From contig OZ286459.1 in the NCBI GenBank assembly GCA_965644265.1, forward strand, positions 80,600,001 to 80,664,000: a stretch of 64,000 nucleotides of DNA, read 5' to 3'. The notes below the pieces were generated by a model. It worked only from the letters and a program-made list of their open reading frames with translations. It had not been told where the DNA came from and ran no database searches. The position numbers and the translations under genes are program-made. This document shows, piece by piece, positions 1-14,200 of this stretch; within the stretch, counting starts at the first letter, position 1, and each line of letters begins with the position of its first letter. Source of the stretch: Glycera tridactyla (lineage: Eukaryota).

Positions 1-9
1 CGACTATAT

Positions 10-730
10 TCAAGGTTGCTAGGCAACCATGAAAGTTGGGCCTTTTTTGGGTGTATTCACCCAAATATCATGAAAAAGAATCATCCGCAATCTCCTTCAT
101 CTTTACATATGACATACTAGGGTAGGTGGGCTTCATGGATTGGACTTTTGTTTCCCCTAATATTCTGGTTGCCATGGAGACAGAAAACAGACAATTTCTT
201 GTTAAAACAAATCAGTTATTTCACCCCAAACCAGAAGTTGGGCAATCTCAGTGAATTTCACATATATCACAGCTGGGGAGGTTTGCATCATGGATCCAAT
301 GCTCATTTGCTCATATATTTGATGATTTGGTCACCATGGAGACACAAAGTTGGCCAAGTCTAGGCAACCATAAAAGTTTGCCTTTTTAATTTGGGTGTAT
401 TCATCAAAATATCTAAAATTTTAGTTGCCATGGAGACACAGACTAGACTATTTCTGGGTGAAAATCTAGTTTATTTCACCCAAAATCGAAAGCTGGTCAA
501 TCTCCTCAAAGTTCATATGTATCATAGGTTGGGAGGTGTGCGTCATGGATCTGATGCGCATTTGCCCATATGTCAGATGATTTCGTTCCCATGGAGACAC
601 AAACTGGACCAAGTTTGGGTGAAAAAAAAACCCACAATTTTCACCCAAAAATTAATGTTGGAATTTCCTCGCACATTTCATATATACCACAGCCAGGGAG
701 GTGTGCATCATAGATCATTCTGTGCTCAGG
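10..730. repeat. Degenerate tandemly repeated modules rich in gttgccatggagac / ctaggcaacc motifs
   Basis: Blocks such as taggcaaccat..aaagtt, ccatggagacac and atatcac..ggaggt.tgc.tcatggat recur 2-4 times. Confidence 0.7.
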
Positions 731-1148
731 ACTTAGTTGCCTGTCTACTGTCTCTTTATTGAAAAATAATTGTTTAAAGATATTTTTCACTGATCTGCAA
801 CTCACTTGTACAGTGACCCACAAATGGACTGGGAACTATAACACCTTTCAGAGGCAGGTCACAGCAAATTCCTGCTTTTTCCAGACTAAAATGGGGATTC
901 ATCCAAATTCCATACTTTTTCCAGGCCTGGAAAAGCTCTAAATCAAATTCCATACTTTTTCCTGGATTCAGTGAGGTCAATGAGATGAAGCTAAATTTTC
1001 GTATATATGGAAACATTTTCATGAAATTCCAATATAATGCCTCAGAAGTGGATAACATTTCCAGAACTAAAATAAAGGTAGTACCCCATGAGTTCTGGCA
1101 ATGTTGGTCCGTGTTGTGTGTGTTTTTTTTTCAACCAATGGGAAATTA

Positions 1149-1878
1149 TAGTCAAACCTCCACTAACGACCACCTCCAGAGAGCAACCACCTCCTCATAA
1201 CGACCGCCCGTGACCGCGACCGACGTATTTTTCATTATAATTGACCTCTCTTGAGGAACTCCCTATAAGGACCACTCACGTCCATACCGAGCCCGGGAAA
1301 TGTGCTCAGATCAGCTCACTTGCTCGCTGCTCATGTTCCGCTAGCAAATCGTCTTCCCGACACCCCCTTCTAAAACTGTCTAACAACCGCCTTGTGGCCG
1401 GCCGTACCCCGAGACCGGGATTTGTGCTCAGCTTGCCTGCTCGCTGCTCACTTCCTAGCTACCAACCCCTTTGAACAACCGCTGTGGCCCGCCGGGATTG
1501 CCCGTACCTGATACCGTGAAATGTGCTCAGTTCAGCTGCTTGCTGCTCACATTCTTGCCGCCACCCCCTTCAAACGAAAATTCTTCATATTTCTTCAAAT
1601 CATCTTTACAGCTCAAAAGACCACCTTCTAGAACCTCTAAAATCATCTTCATTTTCGAAAAAAATAACATGAGTTTTGTTCACACATCCGGGTAGTTTCG
1701 TTATTTGTGATGTTTACAGTAATGGCCGACACGGTTTTGCTCTTTGAACCTGATAAACGAATTAATGGCATTGTTGGCGATCATGTCGATATTCTGTCAC
1801 CTCTCTATAGCGGCCACCTCCCAATAACGACCACTCTGGCGTGTGACCGAGGGTGGTCGTTATATGGAGGTTCGACTG
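1149..1878. mobile_element. Non-autonomous Tc1/mariner-type DNA element (~730 bp) with ~28-bp TIRs and TA target site
   Basis: 5' ta|tagtcaaacctccactaacgaccacc versus reverse complement of 3' end ta|cagtcgaacctccatataacgaccacc; no transposase ORF. Confidence 0.8.
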
Positions 1879-2339
1879 TATATAAATGAATTGATGTGTG
1901 TGTAATCATCACAAAAAAACTTTTTCAGCCACTCTCCCATCGGTGGAGCAGATTGATAGAATCACTCTCTGGAAAATCAATCCACTCTCCGGACTTTCTG
2001 TAAGTTCAAAAAGGAAAACGAGCTGCAACTAGGATATTTTGAAGGCAATATATCTGTGTGAATAATCACCTTATCAAGATCCTCAACCATCTTTTAGAGG
2101 AGGGACTTGTCATAAGCATCAGTTCCTTCCTTCAGCAATCTGTCAACTTTGACCCAGTAAGCTGTCTGTATAATTTCCAAATGACCATCAGAGGTTTTTT
2201 CTATTGAAATATTTGATTCACTAAGTCCAACAGATGTTTCAGATTGTGAAATCTGTTCTGAGGGTATTGAAGCCTGTACAGTCACAGGATCAATTTTTTT
2301 TCACTTGAAGACAGGATTTCCCTTAGCAGAGGATTTCAC

Positions 2340-2760
2340 AAGTGGTTGTCTGATATTTATCAAGAATGTCCCGAGTGCCTGGTACGTTGAGAGCCTACGG
2401 CACCGAGTAGCGAGCCCGGGCTCCCTACGAGGCGCTGACGCTCTCAACGTGCCAGTTGCGAGGGGGATTCTGATCTTATTATCCGATGAATCAATTTCTA
2501 ATGCCGTTTATCAAGATAAATGAGTGAATTTACAAACGGCGTTACTCACGGCAGCTAAGAGCACGGTTTGTTTATCGCCGTGACGTGACAATGGAACGTT
2601 TGTCACTGCCAGTTGACCTTTGAACTTGATTGTTATACGACCAATCAGCTTTGGCGCACAAACATCACGTGATCAAAGCGCAAAAAAAAATGAAAATACC
2701 AGCTCGGAGGTGGTACGCTCTCCGATTACTACCCAGCGCCGAGGTGTACGGGAAGACGAT
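2340..2760. repeat. CpG-rich element with internal hairpin, probably an interspersed repeat
   Basis: 2380-2394 pairs with 2440-2454 (14/15) around the perfect palindrome gagcccgggctc. Confidence 0.45.
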
Positions 2761-2886
2761 GCTTACCAACACGCTAGACCTAACATTGTATTTTCTCATC
2801 AGGATCACTCAAGACAGGTTTTACTGACCCCCAACGAGGGACCACCTCTCTTGAAAGACCGTTTTGTTCTGCAAAAATACCTAATA

Positions 2887-3064
2887 CAGTGAACCCTGTC
2901 TTGGGAGACCCCTCTTTTGGGAGACCACCCTCTAATGGGAGATCACTCTTTATCGGCTCTTCTCTATTTGACATAGTCAAATACACCTCCAATGAGAGAC
3001 CACCTGTCTTGACAGACCACTTTTCATTGACGTTTGGGGTGGTCTCCCAAGACAAGTTTTACTG
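2887..3064. mobile_element. MITE, CAGT-TIR family (gagaccac-rich)
   Basis: cagtgaaccctgtcttgggagac ... gtctcccaagacaagttttactg; related fragments at 2807-2880 and 3960-4025. Confidence 0.75.
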
Positions 3065-4119
3065 TTCTTCTAAATTGACCTCTGACGAACGAGCACCTGT
3101 GTAACGCAATCAGCGACCAACGTAAATGGACGACCGATGTGTGATGGTCGACCTCATGGTGAATTTCAATTGAGAGATGGCACAGTCTGCAATCAGAAGA
3201 AGGAAATATTATACATCAAGAAAAAGAAGAAGGAAATATTATACTTCAAGAAAATAATACATCCAGATCTCGAAGTTAGGCATCAAATGTTTCTTGTCAT
3301 TGTTGCTATAACCAGCTATTTATAAATTTAACCAATTTGTGGAAAAATAATGAATTCATAAGCATTAAAATAACTAACTGGCCATAGATTATCAGTCGAA
3401 TCACGATCACTGAAAATGGAGTGTGATAGCTAAAAACATGTCCAGTTCTGCTCGGAACTTCGAGTTTATGAGTGTTTCATGAGTGAAAATAATTTGTAAA
3501 TTTCTCACAACCAGGAACTGGCTCCTAAATATTTTGCCCACCATAGAGCTTGGTACAATTGGGGGGGGGGGGGGGGGGGGCTCGTGAATTAGTCAGCCAA
3601 AACACAACTCAAGGTGTATGACTTTGTCGGGAAAATACCCATTGATTTCTTGCCATAATATTTTGAAAAGTAGACGGCAATAAAAATTCATTTCATGGAT
3701 GTTTAACAGCCATTGTCAATGACAACAACTGATGGCAATGGTTCTGTTTGATTGCAGTGGAACCGGAACCATCAATAATTTTCATGATCTAAAATCTGTC
3801 CATTTTACCAAAAGATGATGGGAAATTCTTTTCTTGTATTTGTTTGACCCATTTCCTGAAAATATGAATATATAATTTGAAATGTATAAGGAAATTGTTC
3901 ACATGTTCCACTCAGATTAAAATATTTCTAATATTGTAAGAAATATAACATAATCAAATATACCGCAATGAGAGACCACCTCTTTTGAGAGACTGCTTTT
4001 TGGTGACATTTCACAGGTCTCACTATATTCATAAATTCTAGCAGTTTCCAGGAAAATAACCAATTCAAAATTAATTCATAAAAAGGAAGTGGATCATTGG
4101 TCTCTTCTCGATCTCTACT

Positions 4120-5110
4120 CCCTGATGTGACAGGTAAAAAGAAGCCTTTCCAGGGCTTGAAATGTGAGTCTGACAACTATGAATTTGCTCATTTCTACTT
4201 GAAATCTCGGGTTGTATTTCATGACACTTGGTTATTTAGAAACCAGGCATCTTCATAAATGCATTTCACAAAGAGGAAGTAAATTCTTATTGTGGAGGGG
4301 GTGTGGAAGATTCTCTGCCCGTTGCTATGTCCTTAATCACATGATTCCTGTTTGAATGAAAGCAAAACAACAATAACTTGATTCACAATAATACAAGTTC
4401 CCTGCTGGTTGCCATGTCCTTATTCACATGATAACTGTTTGAATGGGAACAAAACAATAATAACTTGAATTGCCCTATGGTTTTGCAGGAAACTAATTAA
4501 TTTGTGAGCATTTCAAAAACAGGAAGTAGATTACCAGTCTGTTTACAATAAAGTTTGACAAGGAATGATATCTTTTCCAGGGCTCAAAAATGGAATATGA
4601 GGGCTACAAACATGATTTTTTTTTCTGCTCAAACTATGGGTATTTATGTGGGGGCAATATTTCATTTGTAAGCAATTCACAAGCATAGAGTTTATTGTTA
4701 GCATGTTCACATTTCACTACTCCCAAGTTTGACAGGTAAAAACGATCTTTTTCAGTGCTTGAAAATAAAGTATTACAGCTAAAATCATGCTCAATTCTGC
4801 TCAAAACTGCAAGTAATGGGTGGTTTTGTGGGGAAATGATTCATGTGGATGCAGTTTACAAACTTATAGGTGATTGTCAGCACATAAACTGGCACTACTC
4901 GCGAGTTTGACAGGTAAAAAACGATCTTTTTCAGGCCTATAAAATGTCATCAGACAGCTATAAATACACTCTAACCTGCTTAAAACTGGGGGATATTGGT
5001 GTATTTCAAGCCTAGACATAAGTATTTTGACAGCAGGGGTCTACAAATGGTCAAACATAGTCATTAAACTGCAGTAGATATTGATGAAACCCACTCCTGA
5101 GTGAAGAAGC
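4120..5110. repeat. Degenerate repeat region with recurring gtttgacaggtaaaaa.cgatcttttt and cttattcacatgat modules
   Basis: Modules recur near 4130, 4555, 4730 and 4905; also 4321-4390 versus 4408-4470. Confidence 0.6.
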
Positions 5111-5479
5111 CATTCATTGTTCTTACCATTTTGACAGCAAAAAATCACCAATCCAGCTCGAATGACATGCCACAAAATATATCCAGGAATATGCATGGAT
5201 CATCAAAGATGTACCCTGCATATGACAGCATCCATAAAGATCGCGATAAATGATGAAAAATCACGAAAAACCGGGGAGGAAATACAACAATGTGCTCCAA
5301 TCTCCATCTTGGGTGGGAAGTTGTGTGATCAGCTGGTGATGATGTCACTTCCTGTTTACTTCCTGTGGGGCACCCCCTCCAAATCAGCTATGTACCTTGA
5401 AATTGTTCTAGAATGTTCCACATTCTCTTTTGATATTAAAACACATTTTGACCTTGCCAATGTCATATAAATGAGCATG

Positions 5480-6095
5480 GGGCACGCACCTGCCAGGTAA
5501 ATGCCTAATTAGTGCTCATGAGACGTGTTGTTATGCTCATTTTGGCGGGAATCCCTGGGGAGCCTGGGCACGACCAGCGATCTTTGTAAGCGCTCTAATC
5601 TGGACCATGCTTGACAGCCAATACACTCACCGGTCACCCTTTGTTTTTTTCGGGATTTTCAGTGATTTTATACCATTTGGACACTTTTTCTTGCCACAAT
5701 CATCATTAATGGGTATTTATCCTCACACATGTGATATAATTCGTGCCTACATGCAGTTTTGATGGAGAAATAGCGATGATTTTCCTGGCTTGTCACAGGA
5801 GTAAGTGGCTTCAAAATGGCCGCCGGCCGTATATTTTGGCCGGTTTCTCTTGTGTTCCTCGCCTCCAAACTCGACTATTTGATCATTAATCGAAAATCCA
5901 AGCATACGAGGACATTGCTGAGGTTCTCAGCTACACAAACAATATTTTTTCAGTTCGAAACGATGTTTTATATCGCCGTATCGGGAGTCAGAACGCGAAA
6001 AAGTTGTGAAAAAAAATGTCTAAAGCCGGATTTGGCCGCTTTGAGGGGGAATGGTAAAAAGCCGGTTTCGGCCGTTTTGAGGGGGAAAGGGTTAA
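5480..6095 (+). mobile_element. Possible right end of a piggyBac-like DNA transposon
   Basis: CpG-rich segment ending in two subterminal ggccg.tttgaggggga repeats and GGG|TTAA (6089-6095); no matching TTAACCC left end found. Confidence 0.35.
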
Positions 6096-7802
6096 ACCAG
6101 AGACCATGAAGGAAGAGTGGGGATCTGGGGTTGCATCCAGAAGGGGGCGTATGGGCATTTAACGCACTTTCTCAAATATGGTCCCATTTTCAAGACAACC
6201 AGTGACCAAAATGCTCCCAAAATCTACAAGAGTGTTGTACTTCCCCCTTTTGAGTGCACCCATACTGGGAATATTCCTGAAGAAATGCCCCTTTTCTCAA
6301 ATTCAAGGGGCAAATGTCCCATATTTTGGAATTGGGATCCTACACTTCTTTCATGCTGAAACCAAGCAACCAACGAAGAGAACCCTCTGGTGGTCAAAAC
6401 AAGCACCCTTATAGTTTCCTTTGGGTTGATACATTCCATCAAACTGCAAGCATACCAATATGTACGCCACACATTCTTTCCCACACTACTGCTGAGGTGG
6501 GTGGTTAGACACGCAAGTCCTGTGTACACGTATTGCTGTCAGGTGTCAAGAGGTTGGAGTTGACAATTATGATCATATCTGACCCATCTCACGCTCATGT
6601 CTGTACCTACCTACCTCTGAATCACTCATCTCTCACACACGTCACACACAACCCGGAGGATCATTTCACCAACATGTGAGTGCATTCAAAATTATAAAGA
6701 TGCTTCCAATTACTATGGTTCCCACAGATCGTCATAATTGGAAGTACCGACTTCATTTTGATTGGACCTGCACCCTTGGTGAAAATGGGTCGCAGATCAG
6801 TGACACTTGATTAATTGAGTGATATTTAACGTTGGTGGATGATATTAGAGTGAACATAATGAGTCAATCCTTGAATATATTGTTCTGATAATGTATTGCC
6901 TGGTGTATTACTAGGGAATTAACTTTAATCTTTGTCCAGTAAAAGGGTAGATCTTGTGCGTGCATGCAATATATGGGCAACATCACACTCACGGAACTCA
7001 TGGACAGTGCATTCACATTTAATCAGAATCAGCAAGTGGTAATGTCCCCTGCTCTACATGTGAATATTCCATGGTAAAATGAGATCCCGGGGATGAGATA
7101 TCACTTTGACATTACAGTATATAAGGTGGCACTGGTTATCATGATACCTCATTCATTCATTCATCCATCCAAAGCTGAATTAAATGATAAATAACATGAT
7201 ACTGTGTTTATCAACTCATGAGATACTCAATAAGTGTTCAAACTTTCCAGATCCTTGATAAATATTATTGATAGTGGGCAAGCACATGGAATATGAGGCA
7301 GGAAAGAGGGAGAGAACATGTGAACAGTGGCACCTGGTGGTTAGGGATTTGTACTCATCCAAGGCCAGTCAGACTCAAAAGATGCCAAAGCAGTGAATGC
7401 ACTTTTCTCATTTTCTTCTCCAAACACACTAGCTAAGACTAGATTCAATATCCATCATTGCAATTAGGTCAAGTACTCATTGTTTCCATCACTATCATTG
7501 CCTGGGTCATCACCAGTGACACCTGTCCTTCTACACCACCTTGACTCAAATGAGCAGCACTATCACCACCGCCATCACCACAACCATCAATGGACCACCA
7601 CTGCTGCTACCGCTGCCACCACCATCAACACCTGCTTCCGATGCCTCCACATATATTGCACACTACTGCAGATCCTATCTAGTGTCTGGAAAGCTGACAG
7701 CAAAGCACAGCATCACTGAACTATTCAAGGACATATATCCGGCCAAGAAAACTAGTCCTGTCTTATTTGGAAGTTCCTGCCATTCTACATTGTTATTGGC
7801 AG

Positions 7803-8070
7803 TTTGTTTGTTTGAGTTTAACGTCATTTAAACCCGCATGGGTTATATTGGACTGAAAAACTGAAAATGCTGAAGAAAAGAGTCACTGCCTGCCAGGGGC
7901 CGTCCCTACTCTTTGCAAAAGACAGCAGTGGATCTTTAACGTGCATCAAGGAAGAGACTCCTATCAACACGGCCAGCCTTTGATATCCCAGTCGGCATTG
8001 GCAGTCTAGTGTCTATTGCTGGCATGTCTCTGTGAACACAGCAGGAATTTCAGCTTATGATCACAGTGAT
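7803..8070 (-). mobile_element. SINE with Deu/Nin-like core and (AAAC)n tail
   Basis: Minus strand gcacgttaaagatccactgctgtcttttgcaaagagtaggga..ccctgg (7893-7946) resembles the Deu/Nin domain as I recall it; 3' end gacgttaaactcaaacaaacaaac. Confidence 0.6.
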
Positions 8071-8182
8071 CTTGGATATGACTGCTTCTCTTTGGTTTGT
8101 CGATGGTATATCATGATCGTTCAGCAAGGAAGATCCCCAAAACACTGGTCAGAAATACAGGATATGATCTGTAGTGTATGAC

Positions 8183-8228
8183 AAACAAAAGTCAAAGACG
8201 AGCATATATATATGAATATGGGTTTATT
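8183..8228 (-). terminator. Candidate poly(A) signal with downstream U/GU-rich element
   Basis: AATAAA (8223-8228) followed about 30 nt later by tctttgacttttgtttgtc. Confidence 0.5.
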
Positions 8229-11200
8229 CAATAGTCATCATAGATACTACTGCTTCCACTGAAGCAGCAAAATGAATCATCTGGCTTACAAAAATGAATC
8301 AACCAACTCACCCTTAGCATGCAGTAACAACCACAGCATGTATATATGCTCCGTATAATTGCTGCTCATTTAGGTGTGACCTCCAGCAACACATATACAT
8401 GACATGACATCACCAATATGCAACTATTACAGAGGCTTATCTCAGTAAAGTTCCCATGTACATGCAACCAAAATTTCACATACTAATATCGTGAAATAAT
8501 GACCACAGACTACCGACGAACTTTACTGAAACAGACCTATAGACAACTGCAAGCGATTCTATCATCTTATCATATATGATGATCAGAGTGATATGTATAC
8601 AATACTAAATACAAAATACTGCACTGATATGTAATGCAAAACCTCTCCCATTTCCAAGCATCATCCCCCCCCCCCCCCCATTTCCCAATCCTACATCAAC
8701 TAAAGGGGCATACTGCCAACTCTGCAGTGATGAAATTATAACCCATTTTACCCTCCCTATTTCTCCAGTAAAGGCAATGAAAATCAAAACGCAGTGACCT
8801 TCGACCCCAGAAGACACTTGTGACTTGCTTATGCCAAATGCGGAAGTGCATTTCTGGTGGAGTATTACTTCACAAATGTCAATAATTTGCATACTAAGAA
8901 ATGATTTTTATTGCATTTCTTCCAGAAAGTGGCAAATTCTTTTGTTTTCAATACCACATATTAAATGTTGAGGAGTGACGGTTTCATTTCAAAAGCTCAA
9001 ACCTGGAGAATAGTCGATCTCAGAACCAGTGGTCCCTTCAATTATGCAGTATACATGTCATCAGTAATAATGAATCAACAATTATCATTTTGATTATAAG
9101 CAATTAAATGCAGGATTATGCAAGTTCATAACCTTTAGTCAATCAGCATAACAAGTGTAATCACCGTAGGCAGTATTTATTTTCAGACAGTGCACAGATG
9201 TTGTCATCACCAATATATTCAGCATCAAATGCCTTCTGCAAGTCAATGAAGCTATTGGCAGGCGAATCAAACTGAGGATTCTAGAGCAGCTACCTCCAAA
9301 ATAACACCATCAGTATTCTAACAAACTTTGACACCGGCAAATCTTGGCACAGTAAGGTGGTGTTCCACATATCCATTTGTAGCTTTGTTGCATCGTAGTG
9401 CCAATATTCGTTTGTATGACTGAATATGGCATGCAATAAAAATTTTTGTATCTTGTATCCATTGTTTGTATCACATCCTCAGATATACAATGAAACCTGC
9501 GACGAGAGACCGCCCTAAATGTCACCAAAAAGCGGTCTCTCAAAAGAGGTGGTCTCTAGGCGAGGGGTCTCTCATCGCAGGTTTCACTGTACCTGAATAA
9601 AATGATTTACAATTTGGGTGTGACCTCTCCAATGACTTTCCTTCCTCCATTCTCATAGAGAATCTACAGGGTCACCAGGTTCTTCTAGAGCCTTGATATC
9701 TTATTTTGATACTCTGGATCTCGGAAGCAATGAATAGGCCAGGATAAGCACAGAAAAAATGAAAGTGGCATCAAACATCAGAGTAGAACAGCCATTGTTC
9801 CCTCCATATTGGGAGTTGGTTGGTAGGTTGTGCTACCTCAATATATATCACAAACACAGATGATTTAATCCTAGGTTTTCTGAATTTCAAGAATATACCA
9901 TCAGTTCTGTGACTGCTCAGTCTAAACCACTTTTCATAGATATTCATATGGCACAAGATTATCAATTCCTTCAATTAATGGGCAAGTTCCGAGATGCAAC
10001 CCATCTCCACATTAAATCTAGCCATTAAATATAGTAAAATTCCATCAAGTGATAACCCATTCATGAAGACAATCTCGTCTCAAATGAACTTCATTTGATG
10101 ATTTACCCAAAGATCTTGATTTTAAAATTCTTGGAGAAATAAGTAGATTGCACTCATACAATGTGTGAAGAACATCAGAATATTCTTCCATCAAATTGAT
10201 TTAGAGAAGAAGATGTGAGGAATGAGAGAACAAACTTATAGTGAAGAATAATCACTAGTTAGTTGAACATCACCTGCTTCTTTGAAATGCACGCATTCCA
10301 GATTACAACAGTCCAAACTTTCGCGGCAACTAAAACGGACATTATTTCATTAGGGAGCTTGCACAGTATTAGGAGAAAGGTTGCAACCCACTTTTTTGCC
10401 TAACAGACATAAATAGCATACCGTATGAAGGTCTCAAATATACATACATCATGACTTGCCAATCTGCAGTACAACCACTAAGAATTCTTTGCCTTCTCAC
10501 AATCAGGGAAATAATGCTATTTTGATTAGCACCGATTAATTTGTAAATATATTTGACAATAAATTATCCTAACTCTCATTAAAAATCAGATTACATAAAG
10601 CATCTAAGACTCAACGCCAGCTCAATTTGCATATGTAAATCTCAATAATCAGAGTAAATATATATTTATATATATTCTGTGAAGATAACCATTCACAGGA
10701 AATCTGTACATTCTGTATAATCAAAGTATTGCTCAACAAATGTTTGGAAGCATTTATTCTTTGAGGCAAAAAGGCCCCCTAAAGCAGGCACAACTCAGAT
10801 GTGACTTGCCTCCTATCCGCTTACAAATTCAAGGCCCCATACATCAACGTAGATTACCAACTACTTCTATCCCTACTAACATCACAACATTGAGGGCTTG
10901 TTTTCTCAATCAAGGCGAATCAACTCAGCTCTCAGCTTTATTACTTCAGCATATCATGATCCACTAGTTTGGATGTTTAACTTTCAGGTGGTTTATCATT
11001 CATTTCAGAGATCACCAACTCATTATCTGCCAACACACGTGAAGTGTGGGATGTCGAAACGACATAGAAATAATTTGATAATGAATGCCAAGTAATAAAA
11101 TCAGGACATCATCACTATGCTGGGTGGAGAAACAATGGGATCAAGTCTCCCTGATTTACAATAGTTCCAACTGAGATCTGGTAAAATAATCTCATACTAT

Positions 11201-14200
11201 TCGAGATTTCTCTCCCATAAAAGTGATTTATGATTTTTTATCTTTCAGAACCTGAAAAAATTTATTCATACCTTGATAATAACAGGACTGCTGATACCAA
11301 ACAAAAAGTCAATAGATGAATAAAAAAGGTTATATCAAACATTACATCTTTTCTCAGGTACCTTTATATTCTGAAACCCAGGGTCCTGAGGTAGAACAAA
11401 AATAATACATTCATCCTGCCATGGACTGTGACTGCAAGTTGTTTCACACAATTATCATAATTTCAACTGACAACTTCAATATTGACAAAAAAAAAAGACA
11501 AAAACTGCAATTGTGACCCATCCCTGTTGTTTGATTTCATGTCTCATTTCTTATCATAATGTGAAGAAAATAATAAGTGTTATCACTCATGGAATTTGGC
11601 AACTGAATGAATAAATGCAGATCACAAACAAGCATGTAGTTAGTATCGCACAACTGTGAAACCCCAAAACACATTCTTCATTAAGGATAACAATTCAAGA
11701 GATTGATTGATCACTTCAAGAGAAGATAGAGTGTGGTGTAAATACTCTGATGAGAAAAATACATTGAATAATCGCAAATTGGTAACTAATAGCATTCCAA
11801 CTGTGGCATTCTTCTGTTACAATATAACCACTCTAAAGTCATAAATGACAAAAAAATTCTGATGGAATATGAAACAAAATATACGAAAAATTGCAATAGG
11901 AAGGCAGTGGCCTTCTCAAGCATAGCAAAAATGGTGTTCATCTACAGGATTCAAAATAGCAAATGCTGTAACATAGGTTCATCTTACTGATTTTTTTGTG
12001 ATGTAGCATGATACTCAAATTCAGAATTTGCAAATCAGCATCACATACAAATTCAGAGCACCGAGACAGCTCCAATACAAACTCGAGTACATGTACACTC
12101 ATACTGAGATGCATTTCAGAAACTTGAACTGTGAGTCAAACGTAACTTAAAGAATCTGATCTTCAGGTGTGATGAACATTTATAATAATATAATAAACAT
12201 TCTGATCTTTTCAAGACATATAACATGATTAACTCGAAAGTAATACTTGACAATATAAGAAGTATCAATTATGTTGAAGAAATCATGATTCATTTCTGTC
12301 ATTCCTGCTCCTGAACAGGTCTATAAGAAACAATTCCAAGAGAATAATGCATTCGGATGCACTATAAGTCAAATTTTATGCATAAACAATCTAAGGTAAA
12401 AAATTCCATAACAAGTCAAAATAGCAGTGTTCACATGCAGAGATCTGCTGTTGGTGAACCAACAGGTCAAATATAAGTGATGGAAGCGGAAGAAAAATTC
12501 TGTAAGGCCACTTACAGGGGCAGAAAATTGTGCTGGAGGGACGCTACAGGGGCACATTGATCCAGGAGTTTACATTGATTCCCCGTTCCACATGGAGGCT
12601 CATTTCAGGGTAGTGAAGGATGTCAGTCTCTACATCTCATTGGCAGGAACTATGGGGACTTGAAACGAAGTTGATCTGTGAAAACTCCACTTCGGCAAAA
12701 TATCTCGAGGAGAAATTACACCTTATACATGCAACCATCTCTAAAATGCTCCCACTAGATACAAGGTGTACTCTACATATTCATATGTGTTGGTACTATA
12801 CTTGGATCCCAGCAAACACATGATTCCTGTGTGACATTCAACTGAGAACCCATAATTGAGGAGATGAACATCATAAACCATGAGACACGACTGTCATTAA
12901 TTGATTGATTGGATTCAGATGATTGTTGTGACCTCAAAAATGAGATTATGAAAACCATGCATCCCGGATCAATACGGACTGAATGTCATCTTTCGTTCAA
13001 TTTCACAGATCTTGAAGACAAATGACAAGGAGCCAGGGAGGTCCTCAAATGAGAATTGTAGTCTGTGCATACACACCTCCACCAACACATCATAAACAGA
13101 TGACAGAGGTATCAGATTTCACAGGACTATCTCTTCGTCATGCCACACAGATTTCATCTACTCACTGGACATCTTCTCTTTCTTTCTCTTTGAGTAATAG
13201 TGCAATGAAGTACAACAGGTGTGAATACAAGATTGACATTTTACACAGCTCCGCATAACTTACGGGAATATAGACAAGGAACAAGATAAAGCAGAGAGGG
13301 TGAGAAGCAACAGGTGAGTTTCACTGACATACTAAATATACTTGCATATAAGCCTTCTCCGCGTATAAGCCGGGGGCTTATATGCGAGTATATATGGTAC
13401 TTCCATATGCCAACATTGACAGCAGATCTGATGAGGCTATATCCATTCACAACACTTGTAAATGGACGCATATGAATAACTTTTCACATCTCAAAGAGCC
13501 TATATATCATTATCAGAGTTGTCTCATTGTGGTGGTTTGCAGAGACTGTAGTCATTCTACAGTCAGACCTGTCCTAAGTACCAAAGTATGATGCAGGCAT
13601 TCACCTTAAGTCTAGTTTTGAATTCCAAATCAGAGTTATTCCATCATAATTGTTCTGTTGGAAGCAGCAATTTTTTGCTCTTGGCAATGGTGGCTGCTCA
13701 GAAAAGGTTTAATTGTTATTGAATTTGTGTGGACTTGGGTGTCAAAGACCAGCAATGACAAAACTCGCCTTCAGGGTGCATCGGCAGACCATACAAATCA
13801 GGAGTATATCATCAGAGAAAATTTCAACAACGAAATTCACATGCTGAAGATCAAAGTCGAATACCATACAGGAACCATCTCAGACATACTGCCATTACAT
13901 AGCATGTTCATACACCCCAGTCTATGAATAAAGGAATCTGTGGATCTACGAAATAGGGTTAGTCAACTGAATAAAGACGATCCTATTTGATATTATCTGT
14001 TTCTCTGACACAGCCACTATTGTGACATATTGGCATTTGTTTCTGATTGTAACGATTCACTACAACAGAATGAACAGAAATATCTGCAATGTGACACAAA
14101 TTGTTTTTGACAACTCTGCCACACACAGGCAACTAATTTAACAGCACCAATTAGTAGATGTCATGTGCTCATCAACAAAAGCACAGCAAGAGGCCGTCCC

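Noticed and set aside
1-8000. A second protein-coding gene downstream of talin
   Set aside because: The short ORFs lie in repeats or low-complexity sequence and resemble no known protein
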